Origin: an uncultured Gammaproteobacteria bacterium | GTDB lineage: Bacteria; Patescibacteriota; Patescibacteriia; Patescibacteriales; UBA12465 | Assembly: GCA_964608425.1 (NCBI GenBank) | Contig: CAZSNN010000002.1 | Span: forward strand, 251 to 64,250 | Direction: 5' to 3' | Length of the DNA: 64,000 nucleotides | Shown: one piece after another, positions 27,982 through 36,395 of the stretch | Position numbering within the stretch: the first letter of the stretch is position 1 | How the letters are laid out: each line of letters begins with the position of its first letter | Position numbers and translations under genes: made by a program | The notes under the pieces: generated by a model | What the model was told of the DNA's origin: nothing | Databases searched by the model: none | Seen by the model: only the letters and a program-made list of their open reading frames with translations

Positions 27982-29466
27982 ATGAAATTTTGTAAAAAAA
28001 ACTTTTTTCTATTTTTAATTTTTGGAATTATCTTTTTATTTTCCACTAATAATGTTTTTGCTCAATCTATAGAAATCAAAGAAATCAACTCCCCTACTAA
28101 CAAAAATTTGAATTCTGTTCATGTTAACGATAGTAATATCTATATATTTGGTGATGATTGTTTTGCGGCTAAATCTATTAATAATGGTGTTTCTTGGGAA
28201 ATTCTTAATATACCTAATTGTTCAGGTGATATAAAATCTGCTTATATAAACTCTTCTAATGACGATATAATAATAATAGGAGATAATTTTATAAAAAGAA
28301 AAAATACTCCTTATGCTCCTTGGGGAAATTTTTCTAATTTTACCGAAAGTGGTGAATTCGGTTCTATTTTATCTGATTTTAATAATAATATCTATTTATT
28401 TCCAAAGAATAATAAAGGAAATGGGACTAGACTCTCAGCACTAAACAATAGCCCGTATAATTTTTATTTACCAGCAACAAAAAATTCACCTAGAATAAGT
28501 GACTTTACTTATAGAGCAACCTCGTTAAGTGGTAATATCTTGGTTACTTTTTTGCACAATTTAAGTAATAGCGGAATTTTTTCCTCTGTTTATATATCTG
28601 ACAATAACGGACAATCATGGAAGACTGGTAAGATAGAAGCAGATCCATCTAAATTAATGACTTATGTTGTAGCATCTTCTTTTAATAATAATAATGGTTT
28701 TATGGCCGGAGTTCATTATGGTGGGTATGGAATATTCTTGTATAAAACCAGTGATAATGGAAACAATTGGAGTTTCGTTAGCTCGAAAAATGAAAATCTT
28801 AATCCGAAATCTATATACACAATTGATTCTAATAATTTTATAGTCGTTGGCAGTAAATTAAGTGTTAACAAATGGGATAAAGGATTTATAATGGATAAAA
28901 ATGGAGAAATTGTTGATTTCAACTCTCCTCTTAATTATATTTCTAGTTCCAAAGATGATAATAAAAAAATAATAGCCGTTGGTGATAACGGAAAAATTAT
29001 TGAAATTATTTTTAATGCTCAGACAAGCTCAAATTTATTTATTGATAATTTTATTAACAATGGAGTGGATTATAATACCAGGAAATTAGGCAAAGGAGAA
29101 AGAATGGCTGTTATAAGTTCTTATCAATTAGCTTTTGGAAAAACACCAGAAAGTGATATGGAAATAAATGATATTATTAAAATTGCTAATGGCCGATGGC
29201 TCTCTATTACTAGTTCTAGTGCTGAAAATAGAGCTAATAATGAATTTGAAAATATTTATAAAAGAAGAGCTAATATGAACAATACGAATGATAACGCTGC
29301 TATAACTATTATAGCTTATGGCCTAAGACAAAAAGCTGAGAATAGAAGCTTAAATAGTGAATCAGCCGGTTTAAAAATATTTAAAGCTATCTATAATAGA
29401 TTGCCTCAAAATACTAGTGATTGGAATATACTTCAGGCCATAACTTATTCTGGTGCTACTAGATAA
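27982..29466 (+). CDS. Secreted BNR/Asp-box beta-propeller-like protein with a conserved C-terminal module
   Basis: Signal peptide (VFAQS). Asp-box-like motifs SINNGVSWE, SDNNGQSWK and SDNGNNWS. The C-terminal 128 aa are homologous to the C-terminus of the 1360-aa protein. Confidence 0.6.
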   Translation: MKFCKKNFFLFLIFGIIFLFSTNNVFAQSIEIKEINSPTNKNLNSVHVNDSNIYIFGDDCFAAKSINNGVSWEILNIPNCSGDIKSAYINSSNDDIIIIGDNFIKRKNTPYAPWGNFSNFTESGEFGSILSDFNNNIYLFPKNNKGNGTRLSALNNSPYNFYLPATKNSPRISDFTYRATSLSGNILVTFLHNLSNSGIFSSVYISDNNGQSWKTGKIEADPSKLMTYVVASSFNNNNGFMAGVHYGGYGIFLYKTSDNGNNWSFVSSKNENLNPKSIYTIDSNNFIVVGSKLSVNKWDKGFIMDKNGEIVDFNSPLNYISSSKDDNKKIIAVGDNGKIIEIIFNAQTSSNLFIDNFINNGVDYNTRKLGKGERMAVISSYQLAFGKTPESDMEINDIIKIANGRWLSITSSSAENRANNEFENIYKRRANMNNTNDNAAITIIAYGLRQKAENRSLNSESAGLKIFKAIYNRLPQNTSDWNILQAITYSGATR

Positions 29467-29519
29467 AAATCAAAAATACAATAAGATATAACGTTTTTAT
29501 TGCTATTTTTCTTAAAAGC

Positions 29520-29548
29520 TTGACATTTCTTTAATTTTATGATATAAT
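29520..29548 (+). promoter_or_regulatory. Consensus sigma70-type promoter
   Basis: TTGACA (29520-29525), 17-nt spacer, TATAAT (29543-29548). Confidence 0.7.
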
Positions 29549-29591
29549 TAAGATATTAAAATATTATTAATAATTAATTGTAAAAAAAATT

Positions 29592-30086
29592 ATGAAAAAA
29601 ATCAAGTTGTTATCAATTTTTGTCGTAGCTGGGTTAATTCTTACATACTCCCCTGCTTTAGCAAAAAATGAACAGATACTAAAACCGCAAATTGAAAAGA
29701 GAAAGGTTGATTTAACAGTAACAAATATCAATTTTTCAAGTCATTCGACGAACAAAATAGGAAAAATGTCAGTAACAGTTAAAAATGTCGGAAATAAATC
29801 TTTAACAAGTACTCAGGGAATTTTAAATACTTATTTTAATCTACCCTCTCAGCAACCTGATTGGCAATTCTATGGACAATCTTCACCAATGAATTTTTTA
29901 ACAAGCAGACCATTACCAAGCGCCAATAACCCTTTATTGCCTGGAGAATCAATATCTTTTATTTGGTTAGGTCGATTTACTGAAGCCGGAAATTATTATA
30001 TTCACTACAAAACTGATAATGCTAACGAACTAAATGAGCTAAACGAAAATAATAATAGTTTGTCAACTGTAATCTCAATTAATTAA
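29592..30086 (+). CDS. Secreted CARDB-like domain protein
   Basis: Signal peptide (ALAKN), DLTVTNI...VTVKNVG, and the terminal NELNELNENNN motif typical of CARDB domains. Confidence 0.6.
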   Translation: MKKIKLLSIFVVAGLILTYSPALAKNEQILKPQIEKRKVDLTVTNINFSSHSTNKIGKMSVTVKNVGNKSLTSTQGILNTYFNLPSQQPDWQFYGQSSPMNFLTSRPLPSANNPLLPGESISFIWLGRFTEAGNYYIHYKTDNANELNELNENNNSLSTVISIN

Positions 30087-30103
30087 ACAATAATTAAAAA
30101 AAT

Positions 30104-30140
30104 AAAACCCTCGCTAATTAAAAACGAGGGTTTTATTTTA
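30104..30140 (+). terminator. Rho-independent terminator
   Basis: AAAACCCTCG (30104-30113) pairs with CGAGGGTTTT (30125-30134) and is followed by a T-run. Confidence 0.8.
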
Positions 30141-30164
30141 TTATTATTATTATTATTGTTGTTA
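30138..30164. repeat. Trinucleotide microsatellite (TTA)6(TTG)2TTA
   Basis: Read directly from the sequence. It is intergenic, between two terminators. Confidence 0.9.
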
Positions 30165-30184
30165 TTTATCTTTAGATATAAAAA

Positions 30185-30203
30185 ATCGGACTTATTGTCC
30201 GAT
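30185..30203. terminator. Bidirectional terminator hairpin
   Basis: ATCGGAC-TTATT-GTCCGAT, flanked by an A-run on the left and a T-run on the right. Confidence 0.65.
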
Positions 30204-30208
30204 ATTTT

Positions 30209-30502
30209 TTATAATTGAGTTATTGTTAACTCTAAGTAATAATTTTCTTTCAAATCTATTTTTCTAGATTTTTCAGAACGATTATCACCTTTTTTAATAA
30301 CCCACCTAAAGGGCTCTTCCTTTTTATGAAAAAGTTGATTTTTTAATCCAACTTTTTTTAATCCACGAAAAGAAAGAGGAATTTTTTCAGAATCTCTAAT
30401 CCCAAAGACTCTTCTTGACCCCAAAAATCTTGAGGCCGTCTTCCCTGTTATAAACGGATACCACTGGAAGACATTTAAAATAAAAAATTCTAAAGTTCTC
30501 AA
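30209..30502 (-). CDS. Doubtful 97-aa basic ORF (TTG start only)
   Basis: This is the only long ORF in the 300-nt gap between the M23 peptidase stop and the terminator. It has no ATG, no SD and no motif. Confidence 0.2.
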   Translation of the reverse strand: MRTLEFFILNVFQWYPFITGKTASRFLGSRRVFGIRDSEKIPLSFRGLKKVGLKNQLFHKKEEPFRWVIKKGDNRSEKSRKIDLKENYYLELTITQL

Positions 30503-30513
30503 AATATATAAAT

Positions 30514-31779
30514 TTATGGTAAATAATTTAAAGGATTAACCGGAATCCCATCTTTTCTAATTTCAAAATGTAAATGAGGCCCTGTAGAGAAAGGACCAGC
30601 CCCCGGAGTTCTAGGCGCACCTCCAGTTCTTCCAATTACTTGTCCTTGGGTTACATATTGGTCCTCTTTAACACTTACAGCTGAAACATGACCATAAACA
30701 CTAGAATAAGTGTCATCGTGTATTATCATAATATATCCATAGTTAGTACTGCCATCAAATTTAACCCTAGCAACATAACCAGAAGCAGTAGCCATTAAGG
30801 TAGAGCCCTGAGAGGCTCTAATATCAACCCCAGAGTGTTCTCCAATTGATTTCCTAAAAGGATAAGATGGATCATGAAAAGTGGCTGTAATGGTATTTTT
30901 AGTTACTGGCCAAGCAAAATCACTTACTTGTTCTTGAATTCCGCTATCTCCTTTTTTAGCCAATTTTTCTCGAACAGTCCTTTCCAACGAAGAAATATCA
31001 GCCATAGCTTGATCATTTTCCTTTTTAGCCCTATCCAATAATTTTTTATATTCCTTTTCTGATTGCTGTGTTTCTGACAAAATAAATTCTTTATTAGTTA
31101 TTTCGCCGTCTAAAATATTTTTTTTATTTTCTAATTCTTTTTTTAATTCGGCTAATTTATTTTTTTTCTCCTCTAAAATTTTCTTTTGTTCATCCATTTC
31201 TTCTTTTCCGGTTTTTAAAGTAGCTAAACTTTGACTTATTTCCTCGTTAGTATTTTCTAAATAAGTTAATTGATTTATAAAATCAGCCAAAGAATTATTT
31301 AATAAAATAACCTCTAGAGGACTAGTTTCTCCTTGTTTATAAATTAATTTTAGTAAAGTGGCAATATGCTTCTTTTCTTTTTCTATTTGCTCAGTTTTGT
31401 TTTCTAAATCTATTTCAATTTTCTTTATTTCCAAGTTATTTTTGCTTATTTCTAAAGTAGCTTCGTCAATTTCTAATTCCGATTGCTTTAATCTAGTATC
31501 TAAAATTTCTAATTGATTTTGTAAGCTATCTTGTTCCTGCTCTTTGTCTTTAATTAATTTGGCATATTCAGCTTGTTTTTTTTGCAAAGCCTCCATTTGC
31601 TTTCTTTGCGTTTGGATTTGACTGTTTAAATCTTCGATTTCGGAATCAATACTAGAATATTGTCCAATGGCAGAATCTGATTTTAATAAAAAAAGACCTG
31701 AAACTAGAAAAAGTCCCAAGAAATAAATTAAAAATTTTTTATAATTTTTATTCATATTTTTGTTAATAAACAATAACAT
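30514..31779 (-). CDS. M23 family peptidoglycan metalloendopeptidase with N-terminal coiled coil (EnvC-like architecture)
   Basis: Signal/TM, a coiled coil of about 230 aa, then M23 motifs HSGVDI, GHVS and GPHLHFEIR. An alternative start is at 31755 (MNKNYKK). Confidence 0.85.
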   Translation of the reverse strand: MLLFINKNMNKNYKKFLIYFLGLFLVSGLFLLKSDSAIGQYSSIDSEIEDLNSQIQTQRKQMEALQKKQAEYAKLIKDKEQEQDSLQNQLEILDTRLKQSELEIDEATLEISKNNLEIKKIEIDLENKTEQIEKEKKHIATLLKLIYKQGETSPLEVILLNNSLADFINQLTYLENTNEEISQSLATLKTGKEEMDEQKKILEEKKNKLAELKKELENKKNILDGEITNKEFILSETQQSEKEYKKLLDRAKKENDQAMADISSLERTVREKLAKKGDSGIQEQVSDFAWPVTKNTITATFHDPSYPFRKSIGEHSGVDIRASQGSTLMATASGYVARVKFDGSTNYGYIMIIHDDTYSSVYGHVSAVSVKEDQYVTQGQVIGRTGGAPRTPGAGPFSTGPHLHFEIRKDGIPVNPLNYLP

Positions 31780-31802
31780 ATTTTTGATAAAAAGGCAAGG
31801 TC

Positions 31803-34280
31803 TTAAAATTCTTCTATAAATTTTTGATCTATTAAATTAAGCAATTGACTTTTGGAGGCTGGATAATCTCGATCAAAACGCCTATTAAAATTACTATAAG
31901 AAAGAAAAACCTCTTGTTTGGCCCTGGTTAGAGCTACATAAAACAAACGTTTTTCCTCTTCCAAATTATCGCTTCTAAATAATGGAAAATTACCTTCATT
32001 TAAGCCTAATAAAAATACATAATCGAATTCTAGGCCCTTAACCTGATGGATTGTTACTATTGGAATTTTGCCTTGTTCTAATCCTAAAAAATCAATATTT
32101 TTTACCAGCCCAGAGAAGTGGATTAAATTATGTAAAGAAGTTTTGATAGGCAAAGAAGCATCATCTCTTCCCTGAAAAAAGGTTTTTAAAGTCTGGAAAG
32201 ACCTATCTCTTTGTTCGAAGTTTTTATCTTGATAATAATGTTGTTTTAATCCAGATTCTTCCCACAAAAATTCTAACATATCAGCTGGTCTTTTTTTATC
32301 TAATTCTTTTTCCCAATTATTTAAATTGGAGCTAATATTTATAAACTTATTTTTAAATTTATTCCACAAAGCAATTCTTTTTTCTATTCCAGTTTTTAAT
32401 ATTTTTATTAAATGTATCAGCAAATCTATAGTGGCAGCCACATCATCATCAGCGCTATGAGTAGCATTTTTAAAATTCAAATGCTTGGCAATATTACTTA
32501 ACTTATAACTATCTAAATTCAAAAATCTTCTAGATAAATCCAAAGTGTCATAATAATTCTTGAAATCAATATCAATTTTATATCTTTTTGAATTTTCTTT
32601 GATCATATTTAAATCAAAAACTACATTATGACCAGAGATAATAGAGTCTCCAATAAATTCTTTTAATTCTTTTAATATTTTTTTTGGATCTTCGCCCTTC
32701 TCTTTTAAAAATTCATCACTAATTTTATGAACAAAATAAGCCGAACCGACTGACTTAGTATTTTTTAAATAATGATGAAATTCTTGACCTAATTTACCAT
32801 TAATAATTTCTCTAGCATAAATCTGAACTATTTCATCGGAAGCCGGATTAATACCAGTGGTCTCTGTATCTAAAACAACAATTCTACCATTATCATGTTG
32901 TTCAATCAATTGATTATACGGCTCTATAAAATTATAATTTTTAAAACTAAGAAAGTCTGATAAATTTAAACCACATTCTCGGCCCTCTTCATTAATTTTA
33001 TTTAAAGTTTCTTCCCCAATATTTTTAGCTGGTCTCTCAATTAGTCTTTTGGCAGAAAATAAATCTGATTTGTTAACTAATATTTTTAGGTAAGCAAATA
33101 TATCTTTTATCTCTTGTCGTTTAAAAAAATCATATTGATCAACTGTCAAAAAAGAAATATTATTTTGAGAAAATATTTGAGCCACTTCCCCAATAGCTCG
33201 ATTGGTTCTATTTAAAACAGCAATTTTAGCCTTAGGATTTTTTTCTTTAATTTTCTTAATATTATCTATAGCCCATAAAACTTCTTCAGAAAAATTATAT
33301 CCCCTAAATAATTTAATACATTTGTCTCCATTTTTTTTATCATAATCTTGTCCGTAGTCATTTAATTCCTTGGTTTGAGAATTCTCCATATTACCTAGAA
33401 CTGATAAAAAAGCTTTTATTAAATTGGGGTTAGATCGGTAATTAATTTTTAAGGACAATTCTCTGACTGGAGCAAAATGTTTTTTAAATAATTGAGCAAT
33501 AAAGATTGGACGTGAGTCTCTAAAACTATAAATAGTCTGATCAATATCTCCAATAAAAGAAATATTTTTATGCTTTTTCGCTAATTCTTTAATTACCAAA
33601 TATTCAGATAAATGAGTATCTTGAAATTCGTCTAGCTGAATAAAACGAAAACGATCGGACCATTTGTCACTAATTTCCTGATTAAAAACTAAAGTTTTTA
33701 AAGTTAATAAAACTAATTCGTTAAAATCTAAAGCATTTTGTTTTAATAATTCTTCTGAATACTGTTCGCTAAAATTAATCAATTCGGGTTCCAATTCTTT
33801 AATCTTGATATTGTGTCCCATTTCTGACTGTATCAAAGATATTCTATATTTATAAATAGATTCTAAAATATTAGAGATATCTCTATTATTTTCAATAAAT
33901 ATTTTCTTATCTTTAGCTAGAATATTTTTAGCAATATCAACCTGTTCATCTTCGTCTATAATTATAAAATCAGGATTTATTTCTATATTTTTTGATTCAG
34001 CTTTAATAAAATAAGCGCAGAAACCATGAAAGGTATTAATAGACAAAGCGTCATAATCATTTTTATCATCAATTCTTTCTTTGATTCGACTTTTCATTTC
34101 CTCCGAGGCTCTATTAGTAAAAGTTAAGGCCAAAATCTCACTCGGTTTTATTCCCTCTTCCATAGCCCTAACTATTCTTTCGGTTAAAACTGTAGTTTTT
34201 CCAGTTCCAACTGGAGCATTAATCAAATAAGACCCAAAGACATTATTGATGATTTCTTGTTGTTCTTTATTGAAAGTCAT
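31803..34280 (-). CDS. UvrD/PcrA-type superfamily 1 helicase with embedded DEDDh (DnaQ-like) 3'-5' exonuclease domain
   Basis: The start is moved to MTFNKEQQ (ATG at 34280). The ORF-track N-terminal 78 aa overlap rnhB and look like non-coding translation. Helicase motifs: APVGTGKT, LDEFQDT, VLNRTNR, TIHQVKGLEF, YVALTRAK. Exonuclease motifs: DTETTG, GHNVVFDL, HSADDD (nt 32400-32885). Confidence 0.85.
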   Translation of the reverse strand: MTFNKEQQEIINNVFGSYLINAPVGTGKTTVLTERIVRAMEEGIKPSEILALTFTNRASEEMKSRIKERIDDKNDYDALSINTFHGFCAYFIKAESKNIEINPDFIIIDEDEQVDIAKNILAKDKKIFIENNRDISNILESIYKYRISLIQSEMGHNIKIKELEPELINFSEQYSEELLKQNALDFNELVLLTLKTLVFNQEISDKWSDRFRFIQLDEFQDTHLSEYLVIKELAKKHKNISFIGDIDQTIYSFRDSRPIFIAQLFKKHFAPVRELSLKINYRSNPNLIKAFLSVLGNMENSQTKELNDYGQDYDKKNGDKCIKLFRGYNFSEEVLWAIDNIKKIKEKNPKAKIAVLNRTNRAIGEVAQIFSQNNISFLTVDQYDFFKRQEIKDIFAYLKILVNKSDLFSAKRLIERPAKNIGEETLNKINEEGRECGLNLSDFLSFKNYNFIEPYNQLIEQHDNGRIVVLDTETTGINPASDEIVQIYAREIINGKLGQEFHHYLKNTKSVGSAYFVHKISDEFLKEKGEDPKKILKELKEFIGDSIISGHNVVFDLNMIKENSKRYKIDIDFKNYYDTLDLSRRFLNLDSYKLSNIAKHLNFKNATHSADDDVAATIDLLIHLIKILKTGIEKRIALWNKFKNKFINISSNLNNWEKELDKKRPADMLEFLWEESGLKQHYYQDKNFEQRDRSFQTLKTFFQGRDDASLPIKTSLHNLIHFSGLVKNIDFLGLEQGKIPIVTIHQVKGLEFDYVFLLGLNEGNFPLFRSDNLEEEKRLFYVALTRAKQEVFLSYSNFNRRFDRDYPASKSQLLNLIDQKFIEEF

Positions 34281-34302
34281 AATTATGTTAAAATAATTAA
34301 AT

Positions 34303-34932
34303 ATGAATCTAGAAAAAGAAAAAGAATTATTTAATAATGGCAATAGCTTAATTGCTGCCATTGATGAAGTTGGTCGTGGACCCTTGGCTGGCCCAGTAGT
34401 TAGCGCTTGTGTTATTATTGATAAAAACTTTGAAATAACCCCAGATTTAGAAAAAGTAAGAGACTCTAAAAAATTAAGTGCTAAAAATCGACAAGAGCTT
34501 TTTTCGATTATCAAAAATAACGTTAAAGCTGTGGAAATTGGGGTTTGTAATCATCAAATAATTGACAAGGTTAATATTTTGCAAGCCACTTTCATTTCTA
34601 TGCAAAAAGCCTTATTGAAAACAAATCTTAATCCCGATATTATTTTAGTTGATGGAAAATTTTCTATTCCAAAAATTAAAATTCCTCAACAAGCTATAAT
34701 CTCCGGGGATAATTCTGTCTTCAGTATTGCTATGGCCTCTATTATCGCTAAAGTCAGTCGAGATTTTATGATGGAAAAATTTCATCAACAATATTCTCAA
34801 TATGGCTTTGATAAACATAAGGGGTATGGAACCAAATTTCACATGGAAATGATTAGTCTTTATGGTCCCTGCCCTATTCATCGACTCAGTTTTGCCCCTT
34901 TTTCTATTAAACCGGAAAAAACTAAACAATAA
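34303..34932 (+). CDS. rnhB: Ribonuclease HII
   Basis: IAAIDEVGRGPLAGPVV, DSKKLS and ASIIAK motifs. 209 aa. Confidence 0.9.
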   Translation: MNLEKEKELFNNGNSLIAAIDEVGRGPLAGPVVSACVIIDKNFEITPDLEKVRDSKKLSAKNRQELFSIIKNNVKAVEIGVCNHQIIDKVNILQATFISMQKALLKTNLNPDIILVDGKFSIPKIKIPQQAIISGDNSVFSIAMASIIAKVSRDFMMEKFHQQYSQYGFDKHKGYGTKFHMEMISLYGPCPIHRLSFAPFSIKPEKTKQ

Positions 34933-36376
34933 CCTTTTGTATTCTCTTTAAGCTTTTTTCTTTTCCCAATGCCCAAGCTAACTCAAAAGGACTAGGGCTA
35001 TTTTTTTGTCCCGATAAAGAAACTCGAAGTGGCCACAAATAATCGCCATTTTTTTTATTATTTTCTTTTAAATATTCAATGATTGTTTTTTCTAGATATT
35101 CTTTATCCCAATTATCCTCTTTAATATTATCAAATATCTGATAAATTTCTCTTAAATTATTTTTAACTTCTTCAATAGTTAATTCTTTCCAAATTAATAA
35201 ATTTTCCTCATAAACAATTTCTTCCATAAATAAATAATGAGTTAAGCTGGCAATATCTTCGATCTTTTTTAACCTATCTCGGCTTATCATCACCACTCTG
35301 TCAATTATTTCATTTTTAGTTTCTTTGGTAATTAGGCCTTCTTGTAATAAATATGGTCGACACAATTCTCTTAATCCTTCGATACTTCTTTGACGGATAT
35401 AATGCCCATTTAAATAATCTAATTTTTCTAAATCAAACACAGCTGGAGAAACACCCATTCCTTCAATTGAAAATTTCTCAATAATTTCATCGAGCGATAA
35501 AATTTCTTGATCATCCTTGGGATGCCAGCCCAATAAGACGCAGAAATTAATAATAGCCTCTGGTAGATAACCTTTTGTTCGATAATCCTCTACAAAAACA
35601 TCCCCCTGTCTTTTACTTAATTTTCCACCTCCTTTGTTTAGTATTAGTGGTAAATGAATGTATTTAGGCATTGTCCAACCAAAAGATTTATATAATAAAG
35701 CATTTTTTGGGAAACTAGCCAACCATTCATCACCTCTAGTAACATGAGTTATATTCATTAAATGATCATCAACTATGGCAGCAAATTGATAAGTTGGAAT
35801 CCCGTTAGATTTTATTAAAACGTGATCGTCTAGGTCGGCTGATTTAAAGATAATTTTACCTCGAAGTTCATCATAAACCTCCACGCAACAATTAGTTGGA
35901 ATCTTTTGTCTAATGACATATTTTTCTCCATTTTTTATTTTTTCAGCTACGGCTTCTTTAGTTAGATGCCTGCAATGGCCATCATATTTAGGAGCTTCCT
36001 TATTAGCCTGCTGTTTATTGCGCATCTCTTCTAGTCTTTCTTCGGTGCAAAAACAATGATAAGCCTCTCCTTTATCTAATAATTCTTGAACATATTTTTG
36101 ATATATATCTAATCTTTGAGTTTGGATATATGGACCATAATCACCTCCGACATGAGGACCTTCGTCAAATTTTATCCCTACCCAACTTAAAATATCTATT
36201 AAGCTATCAACTGCCCCTTGGACTTCTCTTTTTTGATCAGTATCTTCAATTCGCAAGATAAAAGATCCATCCAAGCTCTTAGCTAATAAATAACCGAATA
36301 AAGCAGATCTTAAATTGCCGATGTGTAGAAATCCGGTTGGCGATGGAGCAAATCTTAATCTAATGTTTTCATTCAT
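34922..36376 (-). CDS. gltX: Glutamate--tRNA ligase
   Basis: RFAPSPTGFLHIGNLRSALF (HIGH region) and KLSKR. 484 aa. Confidence 0.9.
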   Translation of the reverse strand: MNENIRLRFAPSPTGFLHIGNLRSALFGYLLAKSLDGSFILRIEDTDQKREVQGAVDSLIDILSWVGIKFDEGPHVGGDYGPYIQTQRLDIYQKYVQELLDKGEAYHCFCTEERLEEMRNKQQANKEAPKYDGHCRHLTKEAVAEKIKNGEKYVIRQKIPTNCCVEVYDELRGKIIFKSADLDDHVLIKSNGIPTYQFAAIVDDHLMNITHVTRGDEWLASFPKNALLYKSFGWTMPKYIHLPLILNKGGGKLSKRQGDVFVEDYRTKGYLPEAIINFCVLLGWHPKDDQEILSLDEIIEKFSIEGMGVSPAVFDLEKLDYLNGHYIRQRSIEGLRELCRPYLLQEGLITKETKNEIIDRVVMISRDRLKKIEDIASLTHYLFMEEIVYEENLLIWKELTIEEVKNNLREIYQIFDNIKEDNWDKEYLEKTIIEYLKENNKKNGDYLWPLRVSLSGQKNSPSPFELAWALGKEKSLKRIQKVIV

Positions 36377-36395
36377 ATTTGTATATAATTAATTT

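Noticed and set aside
30138-30164. (TTA)6(TTG)2 microsatellite as a phase-variation switch.
   Set aside because: It is intergenic, lying between two terminators of convergent transcription units. It is not within a promoter spacer or coding region. Short A/T-rich trinucleotide runs are also expected by chance at this base composition.
30209-30513. Possible SRP RNA, 6S RNA, RNase P RNA or tmRNA in the gap after the M23 peptidase gene.
   Set aside because: - I looked for the SRP domain IV pattern (AGGUC...GGAA...AGCAGCC), the RNase P GAGGAAAGUCC motif and a tmRNA 5' GGGG with a 3' CCACCA end on the minus strand.
- None is present in the right order.
- The region is kept only as an unexplained segment.
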